64,000 nucleotides of DNA from Thermoplasmata archaeon (GTDB lineage: Archaea; Thermoplasmatota; SW-10-69-26; JACQPN01; JAJPHT01): NCBI GenBank assembly GCA_034667685.1, contig JAXDQU010000106.1, positions 84,043 to 148,042 of the forward strand. Reading direction: 5' to 3'. The notes beneath the pieces were generated by a model. The model had not been told where the DNA came from. It did not search any database and saw only the letters and a list, made by a program, of their open reading frames with translations. Each line of letters starts with the position of its first letter. The stretch's first letter is position 1. The position numbers and the translations under genes were made by a program. This document shows positions 20,601 through 27,652 of the stretch, piece by piece.

Positions 20601-20769
20601 GGCGCTCCTCCCCGAGTGGGCGCTCATCACGGTTGGCCTCGTGGGCGCCACCGGCTACGCCGCGACCGCCGTGAGCTTCCGTCGCCGCGAGCCCCCCGCC
20701 CGCAGCGTGCCCGTCCAGGACATGGACGCGGAGCGCCGAACGAAACGCGAGGCGGAACGCGAGGCGTGA
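14695..20769 (+). CDS. Giant surface glycoprotein: FN3 repeats, LamG/ConA-like domain, Ig-like domains, C-terminal M50/S2P-like membrane domain
   Basis: Signal peptide; many FN3 motifs (L-x-W...Y-x-Y-x-V-x-A); LamG motif DDGQWHTAVAT...LYVDG; many NxT/S sequons; about seven C-terminal TMs. Confidence 0.88.
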   Translation: MRQPAVSRIAVIWISALTLTPVVGGAWADAQLLPAPTGFSAVALSPSAIALSWDAVDGAHSYHVERFAGESWTPVADVNATNVTDAGLEANTSYTYHVCAWDGSACGVVSESASATTLPTPPPAAPASLVATRGSGSAYADVHLAWSAVEGATGYTLSRADAANETTLVYAGNATGFDDLALAGGAYVWSVAATSDAGTSAPTASSSLVVPAGPPVTDLRATGLTSTSLSLVWDAPQGAAGFLVNGTPVEAAQLDLADLVACGSYSFDVVARYEGGVSDPVTLRVALPGCMLWYDAASPANSATQLADLSAAGDDGALLNMAAGPANGTLAFDGVDDLVAGGALFHAPDSFTEAVRFRTTSASGILVSFQDSRDLAPSRFDRRLFLDGQGRVGFGVWADGAPDDPRVIRSDARFDDGQWHTAVATIGATGSDAGAMLYVDGTLVNQTPSNDKQVYDGYWVVGGSRNTYWESVLPQPMFRGEIAMVKVYDGIVPPAPAALGPATHLAVSRGPALGEASLSWWPAPGAERYAVNLTGPSFPNGTEVDAGPARTADFPDLLAGDYAFTVLSFQGDASAASEPVTGQPATAPGAPASVTATPVSPGVVRVAWSAPDDTGGVPVQHYEVSADGEPRTTTLGTTFGVNLAVPEDGAVHVFGVRANTSAAAGPEALANATAAWAPSPVASLWSEPGAEVGEVNLTWLAPATHAAPLAGYHVWRDGAIVATTNATRFVDANRTPGARSSYNVTAASDAGESAAGLTVTEVARPALVGCPTSTSVSVYACQQVPFGLYALPANASSPTSMRCDDCVSSPLALPFAFPMFGRLYTQVNVTTNGLLLFGSTDYGWSYSPVGIPTDGSPAGMIAGYWSDLDGRAIGNVRYATLGEAPHRLFVVSWERMGEYSCYYLPYCGPGNATFQVALHEDSGAVEYQIAFAAMDHHYATVGLEDETGTYGLTIFHGTAPLARQGFLLIPPNAPPVGAPTGVSVHATAPLTLDVNWTPPADATSSAVFGYRVYRDGTLIATPDGTSYADELSAPGNHTYQVAALNARGEGPSSAPVNGTAYQDVAPPTLTLDPEAPDGLGGVYNHTPAATAIPGGAPPNPSESPCDCVVREVASGPSVDVLDSFDGAAHASPYTVTGEGEHTLTARTLDANGNVVAQSEPRTLTLDTTAPTATVSTGAEGSALSVTFAFSEPMSPDATLAALAAPAGWTAALAKDARSLVVSGTGAPGAAYDVTLSSAATDAHGTPLAAPATGHVEGPAPPPPPPPPAPPAPRVPGAPGAPSVSFHDGRVDVAWSAPSDAGTSPVFRYTLLRNGQAISTQPGTSYQDAAVTPGATYAYSVAATNTQGTGPASGATSVTIPGAAPTSVLALSGAPQDGWYGASPTASFSATPADAQVSYQLDGGPAATYASPFAIPAGRHTLSWHATRPGSPDEAARSQTIDVDPDAPIIAGAGLSGSSVHARVTDALSGVASVAALLPDGTSVPLAASGDDYAGTLSPTAPGVHAISIIARDHAGHESRASAGTLTIAAPPAADNATTNGTATNATTSGPTPSSPTPPTGGGSGTSGGSSGGSGSGGAPLEQASVTPSSSTPAPGAPSPTPALTVTQDPNETAPLDAGARGQVRLHVSNVDDPSLVRLVVVDENGHETPLGSGTDATWDTTRSDDGYYTVEAREGNVTLASTRVLVRNAFLSGAEAAGGVALGVGAAALTSVASNALTSSALGAASATASSATSAASGAATSTGGSQGFSLSQYLKDLFTDAGSDALRDKTKNVASIERRRRIASSIALVATVSLIAVFYSVAESSAYTWRAFLGVLPLVGAAAVILALQKYGSESLIAHLSGARVRFRIWIAGVASLLVSTLAFHQPFGYPGYVDNGVETTEAEKRLAGHRALAILGITSAWSLVFVLAGHLGLYGFGSIGVAMAVSALATAAMPFGPLPGKEVWRWSKLASLAAAVGALALYVTYEMALLPEWALITVGLVGATGYAATAVSFRRREPPARSVPVQDMDAERRTKREAEREA

Positions 20770-20965
20770 GGCGCCTGGACGAGCGACCCGGCGCCGGCCC
20801 GAAGAAGGAGGCGCCGCGTAGGCCCAACCGGCGCCGCGTGCCTGCGCCAGGCACCACGTCGATGCACCAGGCGCCGGGTCGCGCAACGGGGCGCCGGGTG
20901 GCGCGACCTTGCCGCACCTTCACCATCGACGCTCTAGAGGATTGTTGCATTCGCGCGGCGCCTGG
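20770..20965. repeat. Non-coding element copy B (inverted relative to copy A)
   Basis: GGCGCC at 20770, 20790, 20810, 20830, 20870, 20890 and GGCACC at 20850 (exact 20-bp period); ATCGACGCTCTAGAGGATTGTT at 20925-20946. Confidence 0.75.
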
Positions 20966-21033
20966 CGCGAGCGCTTCGTGATATCAGAATCGGGCGTCGC
21001 TGGATTGTTCTCGCGTTCGCTCGGGCGGAGGAG

Positions 21034-21106
21034 TGCGGCGTGGGGGATTCGAACCCCCGGAGGGCAGCTTGGGAAGCTGCTGCGATAACCGCTACGCGAA
21101 CGCCGC
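21034..21106 (-). tRNA. tRNA-Gly(CCC)
   Basis: Cloverleaf: acceptor GCGGCGT/ACGCCGC, anticodon arm GCAGC-TTCCCAA-GCTGC, T arm GGGGG-TTCGAAT-CCCCC; CCA not encoded. Confidence 0.92.
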
Positions 21107-21254
21107 GGACGAGGCGGACGAGACGGCTTCTCCCGGATAAGCCCTGCGCCGGTCCGGCCGTCGCGGGGCTCGGCGCGAGCCGTAGTCCGGGCGCGTTCGG
21201 CTTCGTTGGCCGAACCAACAACTCTTAACTATGGGGGCGCTGACGGGAGGCTGG

Positions 21255-21356
21255 ATGCAAGAGGAGACGACGTTCCTGACGCTGTGCAAGTCGTGCGGCA
21301 CCGAGTTCCTCGCTCCTGGCAATTGCCCCGAGTGCGGCGCCGCGTTCCACTTCTAG
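21255..21356 (+). CDS. 33-aa CPxCG-type zinc-finger microprotein
   Basis: MQEETTFLTLCKSCGTEFLAPGNCPECGAAFHF; GGAGG at 21246-21250; TTAA box upstream. Confidence 0.7.
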   Translation: MQEETTFLTLCKSCGTEFLAPGNCPECGAAFHF

Positions 21357-21394
21357 GCGAACGTCTTTTCCTGCTGCTGGCGTTTCGCGCCGGC

Positions 21395-22108
21395 ATGGAC
21401 ATCCGCTGGCACGGCCACTCGTTCTTCTCGCTGACGTGCAAGGATGGCACGAAGGTGCTCGTCGATCCGTTCGTGGAGAACGGCATGACGCGCAGGCGCG
21501 TCGCGGACTTCCAGCCCGACTTCATCCTTGTCTCGCACGCGCATGCCGACCACGTGGGGAGCGCGCCCGAGTGGGGCGTGCCGTGCATCGCGACCTACGA
21601 GCTGGCCGGGATCCTGGAGGCGCGGGGGGCGCGCGGCAGCGTCGGGCTCAACACGGGTGGATTCTGGCGCCACGGCAAGCTCAAGGTCTGGTGCGCGCCC
21701 GCGCTCCACAGCAGCGGCTTCCACCGTGAGGGCGACCACTTCCAGGGCTATGGCGGGGTCGCGTGCGGCTTTGTGGTGGACGACGGCGAGACGCGCTTCT
21801 ACCACGCGGGCGACACGGGGCTCTTCGGCGACATGCGGACGGTGATCCGCGACCTGCTCCAGCCGCACGTCGCGGCGGTGCCCATCGGCGACCTCTTCAC
21901 CATGGGACCGGAGCACGCGGCGCGCGCGGTCGAGTGGCTCGGCGTCAACCTCGCGATCCCGATGCACTACGACACCTTCCCGCCGATCCACGCGGATCCG
22001 CACGAGTTCGCCAAGCGCGTGGGGACCGCGGCGCGCGTGCTGGTTCCGCCGGTGGATGGCGGCATCGAGGTCCACGGCCCGAAGGTCGGCCGCGAGCTGG
22101 CGCCCTGA
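21395..22108 (+). CDS. Metallo-beta-lactamase-fold metal-dependent hydrolase (UPF0173-like)
   Basis: WHGHS, SHAHADH, YHAGDT, PIGDLFTMG, PMHYDTFP. Confidence 0.9.
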   Translation: MDIRWHGHSFFSLTCKDGTKVLVDPFVENGMTRRRVADFQPDFILVSHAHADHVGSAPEWGVPCIATYELAGILEARGARGSVGLNTGGFWRHGKLKVWCAPALHSSGFHREGDHFQGYGGVACGFVVDDGETRFYHAGDTGLFGDMRTVIRDLLQPHVAAVPIGDLFTMGPEHAARAVEWLGVNLAIPMHYDTFPPIHADPHEFAKRVGTAARVLVPPVDGGIEVHGPKVGRELAP

Positions 22109-22153
22109 GCACCAAAGCTATTTCATCCCGCCCCCCGTGGCGCAGCGCAGCCG

Positions 22154-22933
22154 ATGCACGAGATCAAGGACCGCGTCGGCGACGCCGTCGCGAAGACCGT
22201 GGAGGCGACGCTGATGCGCGAGGTGCGCGCCGACCCCGTCCCGCGCCACGTCGGCATCATCATGGACGGCAACCGTCGCTTCGCGGAGGCCTTGGGCGAG
22301 CCCGCGCTGAAGGGGCACGAGTACGGCCGCGACACGCTGGAGAACGTGCTCGACTGGTGCCTGGAGCTGGAGGTCAAGCACCTCACCGTCTACGCCTTCT
22401 CCAGCGAGAACTTCAACCGCAACCCCATCGAGGTCAAGCGCCTCATGGAGCTCTTCGAGGAGAACTTCCTCAAGATGGCGGCGGACGACCGCGTGCACAA
22501 GAATCGCATCCACATCCGCGCCATCGGCCAGCTCGACCGGCTCCCCAAGCGCGTGCGCGAGGCCATCCGCTTCGCCGAGGAGCGCACGCGCGACTATGAC
22601 CAGTACTTCTACACCATCGCCGTCGCGTACGGCGGCCGCCAGGAGATCCTCGACGCGATCAAGGGCATCGCCGAGGACGTGAAGGCCGGGCGCGTGAAGC
22701 CCGCCGACATCGACGAGGCGCTCGTCGCCAAGCACCTCTACACCGCGCACCTGCCCGACCCCGACCTGATCTTGCGCACCAGCGGCGAGGAGCGCATCAG
22801 CAACTTCCTCCTCTGGCAGATGGCGTACAGCGAGCTCTACTTCACCGACGTCTACTGGCCGGGCTTCCGGCGCGTCGACTTCCTGCGCGCGATCCGGACC
22901 TACCAGCTCCGGCAGCGGCGGTATGGAAAGTAG
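22154..22933 (+). CDS. uppS: Polyprenyl diphosphate synthase (cis-prenyltransferase)
   Basis: HVGIIMDGNRR, YAFSSENF, YGGRQEI, RTSGEERISNFLLWQ. Confidence 0.95.
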   Translation: MHEIKDRVGDAVAKTVEATLMREVRADPVPRHVGIIMDGNRRFAEALGEPALKGHEYGRDTLENVLDWCLELEVKHLTVYAFSSENFNRNPIEVKRLMELFEENFLKMAADDRVHKNRIHIRAIGQLDRLPKRVREAIRFAEERTRDYDQYFYTIAVAYGGRQEILDAIKGIAEDVKAGRVKPADIDEALVAKHLYTAHLPDPDLILRTSGEERISNFLLWQMAYSELYFTDVYWPGFRRVDFLRAIRTYQLRQRRYGK

Positions 22934-23394
22934 GGGAAGAAAGGCCGAGGACCCGACGCTTCTTGAGGGTCTCTCTCCGACAACGATAGCCCGGGTCTCG
23001 TCACCGTCGCCACGCATGGCGCGGTCCGACGTTCTGCTCGGTCTTCGCGGCTCTCGGCGAAGGGCGATTTGGGGGCTCGCTCAGTTGAGAGAGGCTCGCG
23101 TCCTCCGGCGTTCCAGAGGTTCTCGCGTGGGTCCTCGCACCATCCTTGGCGCGCGGAATGCTTACCTCTTTCGCCGCGCCGGAAACTCAACCGTGCAAGC
23201 GGAGCCGTCCTCGACGCGGCTTTTGGAGGGTTCCCTGTCGGGGGCGCGCAGGCGAGCGCCGCAGCGCGAGCCAAAGCGCCCCCGGTAGGGCAGCAACCAA
23301 AAGGCGCGGCGAGGACGGCTCTCCAGGGCCCCGAAGGGGCCCTTTCCGGAGAGCTCGGACGCGCGAAGCGCGAGTGCCTGAAGGACGAAGTCCT

Positions 23395-24144
23395 TCAGCC
23401 GTACATGTTCGGCACTTCGTCGCCGTGCGCGGCCTGGGCCGGCGCCGCCTGCTTCTGCATCATGCGGAGCGTCTTCTCGATGTTCTCCGCCTCGGTGTAG
23501 AGCGGCTTGACGTCGATCTTCAGGTGGGGAAGCAGCTTGTCGATGGCCTCGATGACCTTGGCCGCGGCGCGCGCGTCGGGGTAGTTCGGGTTGGCCTCGG
23601 CGAGGATGCTGATCGCGTCGAGGTTCTCCTTCTTGCCGAGGTTCAGCAGGACGCCGCTGACGCCCGTGATGATGCCGTTGCCGAACTGCTCGATCTTGTG
23701 GTGCGAGAGCATCTCGCGCGTGCCCGACGTGGAGCCCAGCGCGTAGACCTGCACCTCCTGCTCGCCCTCGCCTTCCTGGTCGAGGACGAGGCCTTCGGGG
23801 CTGATGATGGTCTTGGCGCCCTTGCGCTTGGCGAAGGCGAGGATCGCCTCCGCGATGGGGCGGATGAGCTTGGGCGCGGGCTGGAACTCGCTGATGAAGA
23901 CGCAGACGCCCTTGCCCGCGTAGATGCGGACGGGGTAGAGCGGCACGCCGTTCCGCACGATGCTGACCGTGGGGAAGAACTTCGAGTCCATGATGCCAAT
24001 CTGCTGGAGCTCGAGCACGTCGATGAGGTAGTTCGCCGTGATGGTGCTCACGAGGCCGACGCTGGGGAAGCCGTCGATGATGGTGGCGCCCTTGAGGTCC
24101 ACGTCCTCGAACTCGTGCACCTGAAGCTCGGACTCGTCCGCCAT
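23395..24144 (-). CDS. Proteasome assembly chaperone (PAC2 family)
   Basis: DGFPSVGLVSTI, PVRIY, GVSGVLL, PDARAAA; C-terminal MYG (HbYX) tail. Confidence 0.9.
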   Translation of the reverse strand: MADESELQVHEFEDVDLKGATIIDGFPSVGLVSTITANYLIDVLELQQIGIMDSKFFPTVSIVRNGVPLYPVRIYAGKGVCVFISEFQPAPKLIRPIAEAILAFAKRKGAKTIISPEGLVLDQEGEGEQEVQVYALGSTSGTREMLSHHKIEQFGNGIITGVSGVLLNLGKKENLDAISILAEANPNYPDARAAAKVIEAIDKLLPHLKIDVKPLYTEAENIEKTLRMMQKQAAPAQAAHGDEVPNMYG

Positions 24145-24252
24145 GGTGGTCGGGCTGGCCTAAGCCGCGCCCCGTTTACATAGCTTGGGACTTGGGGCTC
24201 CGGGACGGCCTGCACCGATACGGGCTTAAGCCTGGGGCGCAGAGCATCCAAG

Positions 24253-24483
24253 GTGGCTTCCACCACGGAGAAGGTCGTCGCGGCCGCGGGCGGCTTCACC
24301 GGCCTCTGGGCGCTCACCTGGCTGGGCACGAGCGCCGTCGACCCCAGCTCCGCCGTCACGGGCGGGTTCGCGGTGGGCGGCGTGATGGCGAGCTCCGGCC
24401 TGACCGCGCTCTGGTGGAAGGCGCAGCGGATGCGGCACCTCAGCGAGCAGGCGGACGCCGCGGAAGCGCGCGAGCGGGCCTAG
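24253..24483 (+). CDS. Small two-TM membrane protein
   Basis: Two hydrophobic segments; CTTAAG box about 25 nt upstream. Confidence 0.55.
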   Translation: MASTTEKVVAAAGGFTGLWALTWLGTSAVDPSSAVTGGFAVGGVMASSGLTALWWKAQRMRHLSEQADAAEARERA

Positions 24484-24513
24484 CGCTTTGCCCCCGCGCC
24501 GGCATCCGGCCGC

Positions 24514-24897
24514 GTGCGCCTCGACCACTGCTGCCTCAACGTGCGCGACCTGGACGCCGCGGTCCGCTTCTACGAGCGGTCGTTCGGGATGAAGCTCCTC
24601 AGCCGCCGCGAGATCCGCGAGACGAACGCCGAGATCGCCTTCGTGGGCTACGGCGACGACCAGATGAAGCTGGAGCTCACGCACTGGCGCGGCTGGAAGC
24701 CCGAGGATTACGTCGAGGGCTCGACCTTCGACCACGTGGCGCTCGTGGTCGAGGACGTGCGCGGCCTGGTGGAGACGCTGCGCGCCCAAGGCGTCCGCGT
24801 CGCCAAGGAGCCCTACTCGCTCTCGGGCTCCACGAGCGCCATCGCGTTCGTCCACGATCCGGATGGGAACTGGGTCGAGCTCATCCAGCGGGCTTGA
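24514..24897 (+). CDS. VOC family / lactoylglutathione lyase-like protein
   Basis: LDHCCLNVRDL, LELTH, DHVALVVED, DPDGNWVELIQ. Confidence 0.9.
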   Translation: MRLDHCCLNVRDLDAAVRFYERSFGMKLLSRREIRETNAEIAFVGYGDDQMKLELTHWRGWKPEDYVEGSTFDHVALVVEDVRGLVETLRAQGVRVAKEPYSLSGSTSAIAFVHDPDGNWVELIQRA

Positions 24898-24922
24898 AGA
24901 GCAGCCCGCGGCATGCGCGCGC

Positions 24923-25921
24923 GTGCACGGCCCGCTGGCGTACCTGCGCGAGCACCGCGTGGCGGTGGAGTCCGCCCTGGCGGCGCGCGACCTGGCGCCG
25001 CGCATCCTGACGCGCTCCGCGGAGAGCATGCCCGAGGTCGCGGACGCGAGCGTGCACCTGGTCGTCACCTCGCCCCCCTATCCGATGATCGAGATGTGGG
25101 ACGCGCAGCTGGCCGCGCAGACCGGCGTGGCGCCCACGGCCCAGGGCGGCTTCGCGGCGAGCCACGCGATGCTCGCGCGCGTCTGGGCCGAGTGCTGGCG
25201 CGTGCTATCACCGGGCGGGATGCTCGCGATCAACGTGGGGGACGCGACGCGCTCGGTCGAGGGCGACTTCCGCTGCGCGCTCAACCACGTGCAGGTGGCG
25301 CGCGACTGCGAGGCGCTGGGCTTCGCGAGCCTCGTGCCGATCCTCTGGAAGAAGCCGACCAACAAGCCCAACGCGTTCCTGGGCAGCGGCTTCCTCCCGA
25401 CGAACGCCTACGTGACGCTCGACTGCGAGTTCATCCTGCTCTTCCGCAAGGGCTCCGCGCGCGCCTTCCCCGCGAAGGACCCGCTGCGCTACGCGAGCCA
25501 GATGAGCAAGGCGGAGCGCGACGTCTGGTTCAGCCAGCTCTGGGACGTGCGCGGCGCGGCGCAGGACGCGGAAGGCACGGCGCCCTTCCCGCCGGAGATC
25601 CCCTACCGGCTCGTGCGCATGTTCTCCTGCCTGGGCGACACGGTCCTCGACCCCTTCGCCGGCACCGGCACGACGCTCGCCATCGCCCGCGCGCTGGGGC
25701 GCAAGGCCATCGGCTGCGAGATCAACCCGGACCTCGCGCTCGCGAAGCGCATCCCGGCCGAGGCGCCCTTGGCGTCCGCCGTGCTCGACGCGCTCGACGC
25801 GCACTATGCGGCCACGAGCGGCGCGGCGGAGAAGCCCAACGACGCGCCGGCGCGCTTCCTCACGTGGGCCGGTGCAGCCGCTTCCGGTACTCGTCCACCA
25901 GGCAGTGCGCCTGCTGCGTGA
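24923..25921 (+). CDS. Beta-class N4-cytosine DNA methyltransferase, Zim/M.MthZI-like
   Basis: Motif IV TSPPY precedes motif I DPFAGTGT; TSPPYPMIEMWD, NVGDATR and WKKPTN...GSGFLP.NAYVTL resemble the archaeal CTAG methylases as I recall them. Start uncertain. Confidence 0.85.
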   Translation: MHGPLAYLREHRVAVESALAARDLAPRILTRSAESMPEVADASVHLVVTSPPYPMIEMWDAQLAAQTGVAPTAQGGFAASHAMLARVWAECWRVLSPGGMLAINVGDATRSVEGDFRCALNHVQVARDCEALGFASLVPILWKKPTNKPNAFLGSGFLPTNAYVTLDCEFILLFRKGSARAFPAKDPLRYASQMSKAERDVWFSQLWDVRGAAQDAEGTAPFPPEIPYRLVRMFSCLGDTVLDPFAGTGTTLAIARALGRKAIGCEINPDLALAKRIPAEAPLASAVLDALDAHYAATSGAAEKPNDAPARFLTWAGAAASGTRPPGSAPAA

Positions 25922-26564
25922 GCTGGCCGTAGACGAAGCGCGCCTCCTGCAGCGAGGCGGGCCGCTCGGGCTCCACGCGCCAGAGGTGGATGCGCTTGCC
26001 GCGATAGCTTTCCGGCAGCCGCGGCACGTCGCCCACCTGCACGACGACCTCGGCGCACGCGGCTTCCGCGATGCTCCGCGGCGGCTCGTCGGGCACGGAG
26101 ACGCCGTGCGCCCTGAGCGTCTCGTCGAGCAGCGGCGGCGCCTGGCGCTGGGGCGTCTCGGCGGCGCGCGCCACTTCCATGGCGCGGGGGACGGCGGCGC
26201 GGAGCACGGCCTGCGCGAGGCGCGGCGCCAGGCCATCGGTGCGGGAGACGACGGCGACGCCCACCTTGGGATGGCCCGGGGGCAGCTCGAGGTCCGGCGC
26301 GTGCGCGGGGCGCGAGGGCATGGGCGCGCCCAGGAGCGCGTGGGGCGCGAGGTCGCGGCGCTGGAGCCACCACGAGGCCTTGCGCTGGGAGGCAAGCTCC
26401 ACGAGCGCGGGGCCATGCTGGGGCAGGCGGCCGTGGGCCGCGCGTTGCAGGAGCTCCGCGGGCGGGAGCCCGAAGTGCATCGCCAGGCGGTGGAGCGCCT
26501 CGCGCCGGATCGCCAGCGCGGCGCGGACCTCGCCTTGGGTGCCCTCCAGAGGGACGGGCTGCAT
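25860..26564 (-). CDS. Hypothetical protein with a degenerate LMW-PTP/ArsC-like C-terminal domain
   Basis: Pattern similar to ArsC (L...HGV...PRSI...VVVQVG...HLWRV) but the P-loop reads VVSRTDGLAP. Confidence 0.5.
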   Translation of the reverse strand: MQPVPLEGTQGEVRAALAIRREALHRLAMHFGLPPAELLQRAAHGRLPQHGPALVELASQRKASWWLQRRDLAPHALLGAPMPSRPAHAPDLELPPGHPKVGVAVVSRTDGLAPRLAQAVLRAAVPRAMEVARAAETPQRQAPPLLDETLRAHGVSVPDEPPRSIAEAACAEVVVQVGDVPRLPESYRGKRIHLWRVEPERPASLQEARFVYGQLTQQAHCLVDEYRKRLHRPT

Positions 26565-26618
26565 GGCGCCAACATGCGGCACGGCGGGAGAGCCATGAAG
26601 CTTTCGCGCCACGCCGGG

Positions 26619-27506
26619 TTACGCACGCACCAAATGTGCGCCTTCGCGCCGCCATCCCGGCCGCCCCGGCGCGAGGTGGACGCCGCCGATCCAGCGCTCG
26701 CGCGCCGGCGCCGCCCCCTCGCCTCCCGCCACGCGGACGCCCTCCGGCGTCAGCGCGATGCGGCCCTCCGCGAGCTTGACCAGCGCGGGCATGGCGCGCA
26801 GCGCCGCCTCGACCTGCGCGTCGCCGAAGCCGCACGCGCCTCCAAGCTCGGTCTGCGCCCAGGCGGGGAAAAGCTCCGCCATCTCGGTGGGCCCGCGCGA
26901 TAGCAATCCGAGGAGCGTCGACTCCACGCCGCTCAGGTCCCGCGCGTCGGGGAAGCGCTGGACCTGCGCGCGCAGCCCGCGGGCCAGGCCCGGCCACGCG
27001 GAAAGGTCGGCCGCGAGCAGGCGCGTCAGGCCGGAGGCGTCCGGGCTCGCGATCGCGTTCCAGAACGCCCGCGCCAGCGCGCGCCGCGGCGGCGTGACGG
27101 GCTCGCGCTCGGCGAGCAATTCCTTGAGCCCGCCCACGGGCGCGGTCCCCGCGTCGAGCACGAGCGACACCCCCGCGTCGGGCGCCGCGCGGGCGAGCCA
27201 ATCCAAAAGATGGCAGCAGTTGGCCTGGCAGAACAGCTCGTCGTCGAACCAGAGCACGATCGCGTGGCTTGCGGCCGCCGCCTCGATGCGCTGGAGCCGT
27301 TGCGCCGCGTCCGCGACGTACGCGTCCGCGTCGAGGGCGTAGACCTGCGCCAGCCACGCGGCGCGGGCGCGCCAGTCCGCTTCGTCCCGCAGCGCGTTGG
27401 GGATCGGGCCCTCGCAGAGCATGTCGCGCCAGGGCAGGATCTCGCCCTCGATCCGGGCCTCGCGCAGCGACATGGCCTGCGCGTCGCCGCTGGTGACGTG
27501 GAGCAT
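26619..27506 (-). CDS. DUF1835-domain protein
   Basis: LHVTSGD...LPWRDMLCEGP...VLWFDDELFCQ...RWIGGVHL; start uncertain. Confidence 0.75.
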   Translation of the reverse strand: MLHVTSGDAQAMSLREARIEGEILPWRDMLCEGPIPNALRDEADWRARAAWLAQVYALDADAYVADAAQRLQRIEAAAASHAIVLWFDDELFCQANCCHLLDWLARAAPDAGVSLVLDAGTAPVGGLKELLAEREPVTPPRRALARAFWNAIASPDASGLTRLLAADLSAWPGLARGLRAQVQRFPDARDLSGVESTLLGLLSRGPTEMAELFPAWAQTELGGACGFGDAQVEAALRAMPALVKLAEGRIALTPEGVRVAGGEGAAPARERWIGGVHLAPGRPGWRREGAHLVRA

Positions 27507-27551
27507 GAGCATCGGGAGCAGGCGCGCCCGGATCATCATTGCGCGGGGACC

Positions 27552-27638
27552 GGCCGCCTCCGGCGGGGAAAATCCCGAATCACGTCCCGCCGGGATTCGG
27601 AGATTCGTGATTCGGGTTTTTCCCCGCCGGAGGCGGCC
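27552..27638. repeat. Long intergenic inverted repeat (33-bp arms)
   Basis: GGCCGCCTCCGGCGGGGAAAATCCCGAATCACG ... CGTGATTCGGGTTTTTCCCCGCCGGAGGCGGCC, downstream of maeB. Confidence 0.85.
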
Positions 27639-27652
27639 AGAATCGGGAGGCC

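Noticed and set aside
20770-20900. Phased GGCGCC array as a CRISPR array
   Set aside because: A 6-bp repeat with 14-bp spacers is far too short, and no cas genes are present.
21034-21106. tRNA-Gly or tRNA-Pro as an integration site of an island
   Set aside because: I found no duplicate of either tRNA 3' end and no tyrosine integrase in the window.
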